Below the pieces are notes generated by a model. That model saw only the letters and a list, made by a program, of their open reading frames with translations. It had not been told where the DNA came from and did no database searches. The position numbers and the translations under genes were made by a program. Positions 23,166 to 37,294 of a stretch of 64,000 nucleotides of DNA are shown piece by piece (position 1 is the first letter of the stretch; the number at the start of each line of letters is the position of its first letter). Source of the stretch: Hydrolagus affinis (Eukaryota); NCBI GenBank assembly GCA_012026655.1, contig JAAILG010000778.1, forward strand, positions 1 through 64,000, given 5' to 3'.

Positions 23166-24069
23166 ACTGGATATATATTCTTGCATGCCCCCGTCAACCA
23201 CGAAACTTATGCATCCACGGTTTGCAAAATGTGCCAACCCTTGCCAACCAAGGTGTATAACTCTTGCTTATCCGTGGGTTTTAACACTAACACTAGCGTT
23301 TAGCGCTAGGACCCAGTTGCATCAACCAGCCTCGATGTCGCTTTGCGCTAGCATATAGCACTAGGACCCAGTTGCGATGTCGCAATCAACCAGCAGCAAT
23401 GCTTCTCTCTTAGGATTAAGGTAAATACAGTAACATGAATTTATTGTCGCTTCTCCGCAGCCTAGCTAGTAAGTTTGGGAGCATTGGCTGCAGAGCTTGT
23501 TCTCTCTGTAAGTGTATCACAGGCTGTAGAAGTCTCTCTGTATCTCAGGCTGAAGAGGGATCTCTATCTCTCTCTCTGTGAGTGCATCTCGGACTTTAGA
23601 AAGGTCTCTCTCTCACCTTCTCTCTATTTCACCTTCTCTTCCCCCCCTCCCCCACCCCCTTTCTCTCTCTCACCTTCTCTNNNNNNNNNNNNNNNNNNNN
23701 NNNNNNNNNNNNNNNNNNNNNNNNNNNNNNNNNNNNNNNNNNNNNNNNNNNNNNNNNNNNNNNNNNNNNNNNNNNNNNNNCCCCCACCCCCCTTCTCTCT
23801 CTCACCTTCTCTCTCTCTTCTCTGTCTGTGTGTAGATCAGTCAGTCAGTCAGACAGCCTCGTGGATTGCTGCAGATGAGCCCAGACTTACTCCCCCTATC
23901 CCCATGTATGTTATAACTGTATGTGTTTTTTTGTGTTTAGTTTTACTAAACGCGAACTTACTCCCCATATCCCCATGTTTCCCACAGGGCCCTGTATTTT
24001 CCAACTGCAGTTTTACCAACCACAGAGGCTTACAGGAACGTATCCCCCGCGGTTGGGGAGGGATACCTG
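23166..24069. mobile_element. Tigger/MER2-like non-autonomous DNA transposon spanning the assembly gap
   Basis: Right end ggaacgtatcccccgcggttggggagggatacctg resembles Tigger/MER2 termini. The left end is partly eroded (tatattcttgcatgcccccg). The interior is CpG-rich with duplications (ctaggacccagttgc x2, acttactcccc.tatccccatgt x2). Confidence 0.55.
23681..23780. other. Assembly gap (100 N) inside a CT-rich tandem repeat
   Basis: A run of Ns with near-identical ccccacccccttctctctctcaccttctct on both flanks. Confidence 0.99.
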
Positions 24070-24959
24070 TTTTACAAAATAATGTACCGTTTGTTTCTAA
24101 GTATAGCTGCCCTGTAATTAATCTATGCACCAGAGGTATAATAGTCCCATGTTTACTGTATATCCTGGTAAAGTTTATTTTCTAAAATGTTGTTTATTTA
24201 CCCCAAATGAACGTAAATCACAGATTAGTTCTCTCCCAGATAACATTGTTTTCCAACCCAAACAAGGTGAATGGGTCAAATCCCTGGACTTCGACCTTGA
24301 ATTGAGGTATTTATGCAAATGTTTTTGTGATACTTCATAGCATGGAAGGCCCAGGAATGATTCTAGATGTTTGTGATTGGATTCCCATTGGATGCCCCTG
24401 AGCTCCTAGCAAAATAAATAGATGCAGCGACTGAGTGGAAGATCAGAAGTAAAATGGACCTTTGTTCCCGTGATACATTCCTGAAATTCCGTAGGAATCT
24501 CAGCTAAATGGCCTTGCAAGCGAGAGGCCTTTCATCCCTCCGGCATGCAGGCTTCTCAGGCCTGATTAAGTCCTGCGCATTTGACTTGGGGACAATAGGC
24601 CGATCGGAATCGCTGACAGCTGTTTGCACCGGAGGTTACTGCTCACAGACACTTGTTCTCAATGCTAGGGGCTGGACAATGTGTTCACTTTTCATGTGTC
24701 ATCTCTCTCCATTGGACACATCTGCAGGGCTGTCAGCCCCATACATGCCCCAATATGTTCACTATTCAGCTCGGAATTTCCTTTATCAAAATGTGAATAA
24801 AAGATCAGCACTGGATGATAATAATAATAATCCTTGCATTTATTTTAGCGGCTTTCATGTCAGGTGGACAACTCAAAGGGCTTCACAGGATTTACTGTAA
24901 AGTGTTTGGACTGTGAATTTGGATACAATGAGTTGTCCATCCATTACCAAAGTTTCAAA

Positions 24960-25260
24960 ACTTCCTGGAGTCTCGTTGGTAAAACACACTGGCACAGATT
25001 CAGTATTCTGTCAATGTTGAGATAGCTGATCTGAATTAGTGTGCTTCTGCAGTAGACAGAGGAGATTGTCAGCGAGCATTCAGATTGCTACCCATTGACC
25101 CTTTGTCAACATTGGGTGAGGACAGAGTTGAACTTAGCTATGATTTCCCTCTCCCAAGGTTAACTGGCCTGTTGACACTTGTTGCACAACTCATTCAGGA
25201 AGGCAAGATATTGGAGGTAAGATATTTAGTAAGCAGCATCACCGAGCACTATCTTTCACT
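24960..25260 (+). mobile_element. Ancient AmnSINE2-like SINE
   Basis: gttggtaaaacacact, gatagctgatct, gggtgaggacagag and ggcctgttgacactt motifs. Confidence 0.55.
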
Positions 25261-26809
25261 GCTCAATAAAGGTAGAAATCTTTTCACTGTGAAGTTTCCA
25301 ATGACAGAGTACGGAAGACTTCCATTTCTACTAATATATGTGAGATAAATAATAATAATTCTTGCATTTACAAGGCCTGCTACATTTCAAGACCTGAGGA
25401 GACCTCATAAAGCTTCATAAGGTTTGTTGCAAAATGTAGGGATGGTATTGTATTTTGGAAGTGACTGCAGCAGCCAATTTGAGCTACAAACAACTATGAA
25501 GTGAATGATCTCACCGCCTTAAAAACAGTGAAGCAAATTCGAGACAAAAATAGAGCTTTTTAAAAAAAAAGTCATTGCTTTTTAATTTATATATAATTAC
25601 AGATCAAATGATCTGGACGAAAGTGAGAAAGGGTTGTGGACAGATATTGCATTGGCACAGCTCAGGCACATGAAATGGTTGAAGCAAATGTTGCTGTGAA
25701 AGGGAATGCCACAAACCCCATGCTGCACTTAAATTAGCATCAGATAACAATGTTCAAATCCACTTTGCTCAACAACCCTTGAAATGAAAGAAATTCCTGG
25801 CTGCTGAGATATTTTTTCTTCTTTAGAAACTCATTTTGAACCTGCCTCTTTCCTCAGACAGCCTTCCTTCTGAATGAAGTTCCCAAACGTGTTGAATTCT
25901 GAGCTGGCCTGGCTACTAACTGCCTTTGTTGTGCTGGCTGGTTAACAGCTGGGGGTGATGCTGAATTCAGACATGTTCTCCTTGCTGTCTCCAGTCACAT
26001 TCCTTATCACCTGGGCCAATAGAAAAGTGTAGCCACAACTTTTCCACGGAAGCTACAAAACTATTGACGGATCTCCAGTCCCTTTGGGTCTGCTCTGGTG
26101 TGCTGTGTATCCCCATGTGTCCCTTTCTCTCTCCCACACCCAGTTTGTTGAAAAATAAATCAAAACAAATGTTTTGCATCAATCCATTAAAATTAAAATA
26201 GTATTTAGTTTTTATCAATGAAGTGAAAGTCCCAATCATCACCCCCCCACACACACCCCCCACCGACCCACAATACTCCACAAATTTGCAAACCCTCCAC
26301 CCCAAACTTTTCCACGGTTTTGAAATATTCCTGGCAAATGTCTCCGCATTTTTCTTTCGGCCCAGCTTATCACTGGGTTGAAGTTTAAAGCCAATCATGT
26401 GGATGATTGATGATATATGGCTGACAATGGAAATCTAAAATTGTGCAATATGGCCTCTGGATGGGCAAATCTGCAATTCTTTCATCTCCTAAATCATTAC
26501 GTTACTAGATGTAACCATAGGATCTGATGGAGAGATGGCTCTCAGATAGCCCATCATTTGAATTCCTACTAGCATCATTCTGCACATGCAGTTTGTGCCT
26601 GTGTGATATATTCATCAATTAGCACTTTAAATACAAGCATGATTATTCATGCAAGTTAGTGTGTGAGGATGCAAGGAGTCCATCAATTGTCCATTAATTG
26701 ACCACAACAGCACTCTGTTGAAGTGTGGGACTCATATTGACTTAATCTATTAGCAAGTATCTATGCATCTGCTCTGATGATTAGCAGAATGAGGGTCACC
26801 ATCAGGACC

Positions 26810-27180
26810 CCTTTGCTTCCCTCTACTTATTTTCTCACTGGCCTGATGAGTATCGTCTCACAATGACGATACAGTTCCACAGGAGCCAGCCACCCTCTGG
26901 TACCTCATTTGAGTGACCATTTATCATGATTGTTATTAGACTGTGATACCACAGAACAATACTGTGTCAGCCAAGGCTGACCTGCCACTCACTAGACATC
27001 CATGCTTCATGGGTCTCTGAATTTCAAATATCCTTTAATTTGGGAAAAAATACATATTCAATGTCTTGTCAATGGGGCAGAACTCCCTACCTCCCACATT
27101 GCTACCTTGTCTGGGATTAGCTAATTTAACATGGATCAGGACTGAAACAGAGACCTTTCTTATCCCAATTGCTCCTCAAC
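26810..27180 (-). mobile_element. Ancient AmnSINE2-like SINE
   Basis: atacagttccacaggagccagccaccctctggtacctcatttgagtgaccatt ... ctgggattagctaa ... ggactgaaacagagacctt. Confidence 0.6.
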
Positions 27181-27877
27181 ATTGAAGTCAAGACTGCAGT
27201 CAGCAAGAACAACGTTCATGCAGCATCAATCTCTTTCAGGGTGATGTCCTTCACAGCTGCAAGATCACTGAGTCAGGACTCTGCTCTCTGTGTGACAAAT
27301 GCTGTGGCAACTTGTCCATTCTGAGTGTGACTAAAATCTAAACATAGGAGTAGATTAAATTTGTATATCTTGTCTCTATAAGGTACTCCAGTAAGGCTAA
27401 CAGGCCATTTATAATGTTGATTCAACAGTTGTGTTACTAAATTAGACAATATTTCAGCTGATAGTACACTGACTTGATTTGGAAGATTGGCTGGTTTTAG
27501 ATATTGAATCAAGGTTTTTTACTGCAATATAAATCAGGTTAGAACTGCAGGCAATTTAAAAGAACTTCTCAATTTCACATGATTCTAAACTTTTTTTTAT
27601 TATACAAAATTCTGTTCCCCTGTGAGGTGTTATTGGATTTGTTTGAGGGCAGGATTACTGCCTGGAAACTGACAAAGCAATGCTTCATTATATTAAACTA
27701 CAATGTACCTTCATTCCAATGGAGAAGGGCAACTTATTTGTAAAATTGGTAGTGTGGCTTAGCAAATTAAAGAGCTGCCTGTTTGATACTGAGTTGTACA
27801 GATTGGGATGAAGAAGATCCCATGTTTGATCCCTGGCCTGTGGGTGCTGAGTTTGCTGTACATAATAATGCACTTAT

Positions 27878-28140
27878 TAATAATAATAATAATAATCCTT
27901 GCATTTGATATAACAACACAATTAAATTTGTATAGGGCCTTTCATGTCAGGAGGACGTCTCAAGACCCTGGATGGTTACTGCTTCAGATATAGTGCTATT
28001 CACATATTTTAGACTTCTCAAAGTGCTTTACTGAATATACTATAAAGTGAATTGACTGTATATTATATGGGCGAAACACAGCAGCTAATTGGGCACAGCA
28101 GTGTTCCACTGGTATGGATTAAGTGACCAAATTATCATCT
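27878..28140 (-). mobile_element. SINE 3' half interrupted by a short L2-tail insertion (27913-27986)
   Basis: The SINE tail is split at gatata, which is duplicated at 27907-27912 and 27987-27992. Confidence 0.8.
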
Positions 28141-29529
28141 TTAAAGGGTTTATTTTGCCCGCTTTTTGACTAACAACCAGGTTCTTACTTAGTTCTAGGT
28201 AAACAGAGGAAAGTTTATGATGATTCAGTGATCCCTGTTAGAAAGTGCATGTGTATGATGCAACACCCAAATATCTGGGTACCTATACAAAAAAGAGACA
28301 CTTGAGTTAGATTCAGAAAGACTGCTGGAGGCTGTGGTAATTCCAGCATGAAACATCACTTCAGAAAAACTGGGTCAAAGAGAGTTGTTCCATCATGCCC
28401 TATCCAAATAGCTCCTGTGCCTTCCAGGTTACCTTACATGATTGACCTGAGCTACCTGGGAAAGGGAGGAGCCCAGGATGTGTTGAGTGGGCTGAAGCAG
28501 ACTGTCTGCTCAGCCTTGCCCTAGGGCAGAACAAATGTTTCTGCTGGTGTAACAAAAGCAATGGCCTGATTGTTTTTCCATTTCAAAAAAATAGAATGAG
28601 ATGCTGATTTTGGAGACATCATAATATCGGAAAGTTGTTCAAAATGACACTGATTAAGGCATATATTTGTTATGAATCTTTAAGTCAATTGCGTATGAAC
28701 CATAATTTCTTCTGGGTGCATCAGAAATGAATGAAGCCAAGTTCACCTTGTAAAAAAAACACGAAACAGCTTCAATCCTCCTGTGGCCTGAGTATTGTTT
28801 CAGTATCATATGAATAATTTTACGACAAGGTTAACATTTGTCACATTAATCTGAGATGACAAAGGCCTTGCTTCTGTGTTGATTTTGCTTACAGCCTTAG
28901 CTTACACTGTTTTCTGGAATGGAACCAGGTCTGTTGTTATACAGTCCTCCGGAGGATGGTAAAAGTGGACTTAAATAGCAGTTTAATTGGGATTGGGCTA
29001 GTTGACTGATGCAATGAAGCTATTGTCTTCTCTTGTACAATTACTTGGCATACAGTATTCATATTCCTCTCCATTTCCCTATCAGATAGTAAATAGGATC
29101 CCTTTAAAGACCTTACAAATACAAACGTTCCACAGTTTCAGTGCATTTTGGGGCTACTTTGACAGGAGAAAGGGTTAATGGACAAATGATGCTCACCACA
29201 GGCTGATCATCCCTCCTCCTGCCAGAGCAAACCAAGTTTAACTGGAGCTGGACAATTCTGTCCTGTCCCCTATTAGCCTGGGGTGAGTTATAGTTCAGCT
29301 TTGGGGAGATGGAAAGCTTTACATTTCTCACACGTATAAGTTGTATTGATTGTTTTCCCTTTATCTCCAATCCTCAACTTCATCTGTATGCTTATCTCTG
29401 GATCTCCTTTCCATCAATCTGTCTATCCCTCCATTTGGTATGCATTTCAGTTTTCCTCCCTAGATTTTTTCCTGACTCTCCTGATGAGCTGCTTCTTTGC
29501 TAGAGTAAACTACTGTAGATACCATCCAA

Positions 29530-29820
29530 CACCATTCCGAGTGTGTACTTGTCTAGTGTTTGACCTGTAGGAGGTGAAAGCCATTGTGGGTGAGCCTGGT
29601 CCTGTCCTCACTAACTGTTCATACAGATACACTTTCTATCAGGGGTCACTGAAGAATTCTAATGAGTGGGAAACACAGTTTGATTATTTCTGCTCAGACC
29701 ACTGATATTTCTGCCCCTACACCACAGGCTCAGCTCATGCAGTATAGACTAGTGATTGAACATTCAACCTTTCAGGACTCTTTGGCTCAGTAATGTAATG
29801 ACCACTGGTTAAGCTATCAG
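29530..29820 (-). mobile_element. Ancient AmnSINE2-like SINE
   Basis: gagcctggtcctgtcctcac, caggggtcactg, gagtgggaaac and ctttggctcagta motifs. Confidence 0.6.
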
Positions 29821-30449
29821 ACAGTGTTCTATGGTCTTAAATGATTAAATATATTTTCATGTGGAATTGTCTTGCAGCTCACTGCAAAATTCATCCTATG
29901 TCATCCTACCCACTGTTCCCCATTTTTCAGATGTGAAATAAAATTAGTGCTAACCCTTGTGTCACTGTCACTGTGCAACACAGTGAAACTCCCTGAATAT
30001 CTTCACTTTGATGCTAATACACAGACAAGCACTTAACACTGATGGAAATTGAAATTACTGTGTAAGTGGTTATTGAAAATCAGTAAATAAGATCTATAGA
30101 ACTGCTGGAAGGCTGTCAAAAGCCACTTTAGATGATTTTATGATGACTTTATTTTTGAACTCTGCCAAAAAATTCCTAATTTTCCACTTTTTAAATCCAT
30201 CGCTGTATTTCACATTTTTATCCTTGGTTCTACTCCTATTCACACATTCTGTCCTTCTGTGAAACTGGTCACTGATTGTATGGCCTTTCTATGCCAGCTC
30301 CATGGAGTATGAATGGCATTGGACAAGTATCATCAGTATCGCTGGTTTCAAAGATTTGGGGAAGTGGGAAATCCAATTATAAGGTCACCAGTCAACGGCA
30401 AAACTTACAGGTGAAGGGAGAATCACTCAGTTGATATACTCACCTCGTA

Positions 30450-30692
30450 CCCCCACAGCCCAGGACAGACACGCAAAGACACATTGACACACTGATACAT
30501 AGACACAGTCACACTGACATAGTCATAGTGACTGTGACACTGACACATATCTGCACGCATGCTGACAAGATAATGTTGGCCCACTGTTGACTGATTCTGA
30601 CATATGCTAGCACACTGACATGCACTGCAACATATACGCAGACACATAATGACACATAGACACTGGCACACACCAAGACATAGACATGCAGA
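30450..30692. repeat. Degenerate (GACACA/CTGACA)-type low-complexity tandem repeat
   Basis: Repeated gacacactgacata-like units. Confidence 0.7.
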
Positions 30693-33600
30693 GTTCAATG
30701 GAAATGCTGCGTAATTGTATCCTGGGTATTTCTGGAGTATAAAATAGATTCAGTGTTGGTTTCTTCCTAAGAATGGGAACCCATTATATTGAAAAGGTTG
30801 TGCTCTGTATAATTTCTCTCCGCCAGAGTTGTTGATGGGTCGAAATAACTGCATGAATGCTTAGGTTAGAATCATTTCAATAATATTTACAAGTGTGAGA
30901 GGCTCTGGAGAAAATAAGCAGAATGTGTTACTTAAACAAGGAGCGGAAATGTGTTATTTGGCTCAAATACTTGGGGAGGGGGGAATGTGACCAAATGATA
31001 ATGGTACCAGAATGGATGACATTTGGGTCGAATATTTAAGAAACAATATGGAAATAATAACTGGTGTATGTGTTTCTGCCTCATTTAGAGGATACTGCAA
31101 TGCTGCATTCATCTGAGGCTGTTCCTTGTTCCTTCCACCTACCTACCTACCTCCAGCTCATGCTCTCACAATACAATGAAATAGTGAGATACAACTGGGC
31201 CAAAGGACAATGATTGGAATCAAAGCAGGCACTTATTGTACTTCTCCATCCATTTATACAGAAGGGCCATGAGTAAATGCTTTTTTAGCTTTATGCGACT
31301 TTCTAATAGTAAGGGGTTATGTAGGCAGCAATGATAAGTCACTTAAATTGCAACAAAAGTTTACAAATGCAGCATAAGTCTGGAAAGCAATGGAGACACA
31401 GGTAAGGTAGGAACTGACTGGGGTTTCAGTAGAGGAAAAAAGAGAAATGAGGGCAAAAGCAGAACACTATACACTATTAAAGCAACTATTGCAACAGTTT
31501 GATTTTTAAATGTAGTGTTGAAACTATGACTGCCCTTTAACTCAGCTCAGTTTGATTGATGTGTTATGCTTGGTTTCTCTTAGGGGATAGTCATGGTCTC
31601 TTGGGCACATTGCTTGTACAGCACCTCTTGTTAAACTGGTTCTCCTGTGTTTGACAATGGCACAGAGAAGCTGGTCTGGCAATGATGTATGAAGCTGTTG
31701 CAGATTGGCCTTGAGGCGACTGCATTTATTAGTGGACTGTCCCAGAGGGACTTGTTCTGACATGGCTACAGTGTGAAAACTTGGCTCATAAATGTCTTTG
31801 TGAGTGTGAGTGTGTGTGTGTGTGTGTTTAAAAATAACATAAAAGCTGATTTAATTAACTTACTTTCAAAGTGCATCCTAATGGCTGGTAAAGTGGCTTA
31901 GCAAAGTGTCTGGTTTTAGTGATCAGCTTGGCCTCCTCTCTCTGGCAGGATAAGAAGGTTACGTGTGGAGAATTGTTTAGAAGAGCTTGCATGTAAATCA
32001 ATAACAGTGCTATATAGTTTGCACATAACCATGGTCCTTGCAGGGCAGGTCTCTCAATGTCTGTCAAAAGTTTAGAAGTAGTATCTATGTTTGGCAATTG
32101 CAATTGGAACTCGTTGGAACTACAGTATTGGATATCTTTCTTCCACACCCACCTTTTAAAGACACCTTAATTGTTCCTGGGTACAGTTTTATTGACAACA
32201 CAGACTCTACTCCCTATCCCCCACCACATCTATCCATTCAGCCACGTTTCGAGTGTGAGTTCAGATATTGCGTGTCATGGCCTCTGTGACCGTAGAAGGT
32301 CCATGGAAGGGATCCGTCACAAACGTGTTGCACAGTGGTCACTGGATATGGTTCATGAATGAGAATTCTAACTGATTTCTTTTTCCCTAACCTAGGAATA
32401 GTTTTACTGCTTTTCGCTGTACAAAAGCTTACATATGAAGAAAGCCCACTTGAACAAAGCACTTCATTTTCCTGATGAATTTTCTTACTATTGAGATTGA
32501 ACGTGCAGCACCTTCCAGAGAGTGGACACATACTGCAACATGAAGGCAAGCCCATAGGTTAGACCAATGCACCATTGTGTTAGTGTGGTTAGATTCTCCC
32601 AGCACAAACACTTTAATTCTCATGAAAAAACAACACTAAGATGTCTAAATTGCATTACAAGCATAAAGATCTGTTGTGGATGGTTTAACACCCTGAGGCC
32701 CCTGAAAGGAGACCGCACATCATTCGTTCTAATAGGTATAAAAGGTCTCGAACAGTTTTAGTTTCAATTGAAGTGCAGGTTAATAATATTGTACTGTCAT
32801 TAGAACAAATGGCTTTTGCTAATGCCTGTATTACTGTGCTGCAGTGTTTGAAAGATTATGTCAAGGCACTAGTAACTGGATGGCTTTATATAATTAGCAA
32901 GGGAATGGAAAGGTGTCAAATGCAAAATGTATGTGGTTTGGAATTACTGATCCCACAATGAGGTAAATGCTTTCTGACATTTAATTGAAACCTCAGACCA
33001 GTGATATAATGTAGTGTTATGTGTACTTAAACAGTCAACATCATTGAGGAATGTTATTCTTTGGAGAAATCAAGAATTCAAAGGTTTTCTTTTGCAACTA
33101 AATCCACCTGGCAGTTTTAACTTTGGAGCTACAGTTTTTTTTCGTCCTCCACAAAAGTTCTCCCCTCTTCCTCTGAGGCCATTATCACCAGTAGGAGTGC
33201 GGTTCCATGAGTGCCAGATACATTGGGTGCGTAACATTTAATCCTAATCACACTCAACAATTATTTTTAATATATATAATATATATACAGATTTCCCAGC
33301 AGTAACCCTGACTCATTTAATGAGATCTTGGTTTGGGGCTTTATTATCTTCATCCAGAATGGCTTCTCAGTGTCCAGTTTTGCTTCATCACCATGTTAGA
33401 CGATAAAAAAAATGCCAAGGCATTTCTACTACAATACTGTGTGTAACCGACAGGGGTAATTGGAACATTATACCATTTCCTCTGTTCATAATACATTCCA
33501 TGGGGGCATTCCATGTAAAAATTACATTTATAGAGTGCCTTTCCCGTCAGGAGGACATCCTATATCGTACTAGTTTTGATTATGAAACTCATCTGCAGTA

Positions 33601-33990
33601 AATAAATATTATTTGAATAGAGTTCTTCAGTGCAATATTACCTGATGCTTAGAACTCCATAGTGTACCTGAACTAACCTAAATATAGCATCAGCCTCTGC
33701 AACCTCTAGAGATGCACTACATAATTTGCTCTTCAAACCACAAAGCAATTAGCTCCAAAATAACTAGGAGCCCAGGACCTTTAAGGGGAACAATGTTCCA
33801 CAGTCCAGGTAACTCTAGGACATGTTATTATACATATATTGCACCCTTGAGAGATAGTATTTGGGTTGTTCAATCACCTTAGGAGAGATTATTGCAGCTT
33901 GGTCACCCTTATGTATGGTTCAGATTACCGTTTCGAGGGATCCTGTGTGTTGTCCAGAGAATTGGTTTGATGTATCTCATAGGGTTTGCT

Positions 33991-34075
33991 ACAACAACAA
34001 CAACAACAACAAATTACATTTATAGAGCGCCTTTTACGTCGGGAGGACGTCCCAAGGCGCTGCACAGGGGGAGTG
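33991..34075 (-). mobile_element. 5'-truncated L2 3' tail, nearly identical to 220-302
   Basis: (CAA)n plus attacatttatagagcgccttttacgtcgggaggacgtcccaaggcgctgcacagggggagtg, with one substitution versus the copy at the window start. Confidence 0.9.
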
Positions 34076-34309
34076 CTAGGAATAATGTGTGGTTTAACAA
34101 CTCGTATTTATGTCCTTGATCTCAGATAATTTACAGAAATGTAAATTTTTTTCCTGTGGCAAGGAGTCAGCCATGCAGAAGCTGATCAAATATTCTTGAT
34201 ATTCTGCTGAAAACTTCAGTCATTTCCTTGTTGTATGTTACACAAATCGCTGGAGGAGGAGGTCATTGAGCACATTAAGACCAGAATTCTGTTCCCACCT
34301 CCACTGGAG

Positions 34310-34990
34310 ATAATTAATCCAACCCCAATTACCTACCCTTTACCCGAACCCTATTATATTGTTCCTCTTTAAATATCCCGTTTAAATATTGTTACATTTT
34401 CAACCCCAATAACCAGTTATTATAACCCAATAACAGCAAACTGTTTCATATTCTAGAAATGTTTCTTCTAACCTCCCCCACAGCAATTCAAATGACAATA
34501 TTGACCTTATGCCCCATTATTACTGATTTACCAAGCAGCAGCAGTAATCTTTCACTATCTGACCTCTCAAAACCTCAGAGCTTTCAAGACCTTTATTAAC
34601 CTTCTCCATTCTAATTAACACAAACAATTTTTAAGTTTGACACAAACCCTCATCCCTGAGATCATCTGTTTGAACCATCTCTTCAAATGTGCCTTCTGTA
34701 TTAGTGGACTCAGAACTTCACACACTGCTCTAATTGCAAGGTGCAATTTAACATAATACCCCTCCTTTAATATTCAATGCTTTAAGATGAAACCAGAATC
34801 TCATTTGTCACTTTATGTACTTTATGCCTTTTGCACTTTTAGGTGCTCCCTCTCTCACCTTTAAAGATCTAAATATTTGCACCAATTTTGTCTGTTCTAC
34901 AAAAATGATTAAAAACTATACATTTAGGGTATACATGTTAGAGGATAAAAAACATACTGATTTACCTTTGTGTTTTCTCCCAAAATATAC
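34310..34990 (-). mobile_element. Old degenerate CR1 3' fragment
   Basis: ccttatgcccc, cactatctgacctctcaaaacc, ctcatccctg and cagaacttcacacactgctctaa are reverse-strand equivalents of motifs in 49225-50040, in collinear order. Confidence 0.6.
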
Positions 34991-35449
34991 TGTACTTCTT
35001 GTACACTTGAGCTCTGACCCCTGCCAAAATCACAGAGGCACTCCAAGGGTTAATTATTTCCAAGGTTTCTTTTTGCCAGCAGACACTTCGGACTCTACAA
35101 GAGCATAGCGAGGTCACTGCTCCCATTACTCAGCTAGATTCAGCTTCCATTATAAACCAACAGATTCATTTGAGTGAGTCTAGCTTGCATTAAGAAGTCT
35201 TTGGTCAATCTAACAGGAATTGGTTGGCAATCATAGGAATCACCTCGAGCTGAAGGAAATGACTAAAGACAAACAAAGCCTGTTGTGATTTATCCTTTGC
35301 AGGAATCTTCACTCTCCTCGTGATTGTAGTTAATGCCATTTAGTGTTATGATTTTACCGTGTTGGAGAAACATCTTTCTTCAGAGGACTTTCTCTTCCAT
35401 TTTTAACCTTAATGTCAGAGGGAGGAAGACCAATGCTCCCTCATTCCAT

Positions 35450-35787
35450 TATAACTATAATAATAAGATAATAATCCTTGCATTTGATATAGCGCTTTCC
35501 ATGTCTTCTAGGCTTCTCAAAGCGCTTCACAGAGTATACTGTAAAGTGAATTAAGTGTATTTTTTTGTGGGGGAAACGTGGCAGCCAATTACGCACAGTG
35601 GTGTCCCCACAAACAGTCATGGATTGAAAACGACCAACTTATTATAGGTTTTTTTTGGGACGCATTATTATTAGGTGTGTGGAATAAGGAAACCTGCCCA
35701 AGGTTTCGCCCTGACCTGCCCGGATTAAAAACACAGATCTCACACTTGTAAGGTGAGTGCTCTAACCATGAGCTACAGGACTCCACA
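35450..35787 (-). mobile_element. Full-length tRNA-derived SINE
   Basis: Ends in gagctacaggactccac (reverse complement of the head). Complete body and tail. Confidence 0.92.
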
Positions 35788-37294
35788 GACAGTTAGTTTC
35801 ACAGAATCCGTAAAGGTGCTTCTCTCATTTGCTTTCTTTTCCTCCAGAAATGTTCAGTGCATCCTCAGGATGCTCTAGCTACATTTGGCTCAAGGCATGA
35901 CGAAAGGTTCAAACTCTGGTGCTGAAAATAAATCTTTATTTTATGAAAAAAGAACTGAAAAGTAACATAATGAAAGCACATTATGGATTAGTAACAGCCC
36001 AACTAATTCATCACAGTAATTTACCAATGCATCATCACTGAATCAGATTGAAAAAAAATTGGTTATTGCTGTAAACCAGAGAAACCTTCCTTCATTTAAC
36101 ACCAATTTCATTGCTACTTTCTCTTAAACATGGAGCCGATATATTAAAAAAAAGTGTGGTTTGTAGCAAAATTTACGCTGCTGCTTTTCCTCTGTTTTGG
36201 TTTGTGGTGATGATGCACTGGCCTGCACATTGTGTTCTGCACTAAAAAAAAACACAATTAATTATAGGAGTTATCTCCAAACAGCCTTGAGGGGATGATG
36301 TCATGGCATATGACAATATACTGAATTACCTGAACTATTAAATTCTGCAGATGAAGCAAAAAATAATTGCAGATGTTTTGTAACCCTGGGGTGGTCGATC
36401 AGAGCCAGAAGATTGCTCCTCCCTAAACAATGCTTATGAGGTGGACTCCAAAACAGGGATGTGCAGACTTCAGCACCCAATTTAAATTTATCCCCCTCTT
36501 GTTCCAACCTCATGTCATATTAAATGGACAGTTTTCTGAAGTGATTCACCAAGGGCTGGATTCAGTCTGTTCACATGGAACCCTTTCACTGTACAGTCAT
36601 TCTTTCAGCAAATCTGTGAAAGCTGGATTCCTATCCAGTTTCCAGTTAGTTTTGTCTTTTGCCTTCTACGAAAGGAAAATAACAACAGTGATGTTTGTGC
36701 ACAACCAACATTATTTCCAAAGTTCCTTGAGCTGCTTCCAAGCAACCGCTGGTTGAGCTCGGATCCCATCATTCGTCTTTTCCATTGATTAAAGAGAAGC
36801 AATTTCAGGAATAATAACACACAAAATAATTAACAGAAGATTGCTTTCCCTCTCTGAGGCCAAAGCTGTGGTAATTATCATGTATCTGTATGGCGCCAGT
36901 GCTCTATCATTCTGATGCTTTCTCTTTTTGCCGTTGTGAAATTCTAAGATTCACAAGGTCACGGAATAAACAAGTCGCATTTATCACTTTTCAAAGATAA
37001 CAAATGTTGAAGGAAAATTGGATTGTCAACTCTGACAGAATAACAAAGGATTATTTAATAGGGAAGCCAGTATGGAACAACTGTTACCGTAGACAGTTCA
37101 AATTATGGATTCTGATATGACCTGTTGCTTTCTGTTAGATGCACCACACGGTTTGGCTTGAAGCCACATCAGCACCAAGAACAGGCAGATTCAACCCTGG
37201 TCTTTTCTCACTTATCTCAAAAAGAATGGAATGGGGGTACTTATCTGATCCATCACTCCTCTTATCACTGAGATATCCACTATTTTATTTTAAA

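Noticed and set aside
23475-24185. 236-aa ORF, the longest in the track
   Set aside because: It runs through 100 Ns and CT low-complexity sequence and has no recognisable domain.
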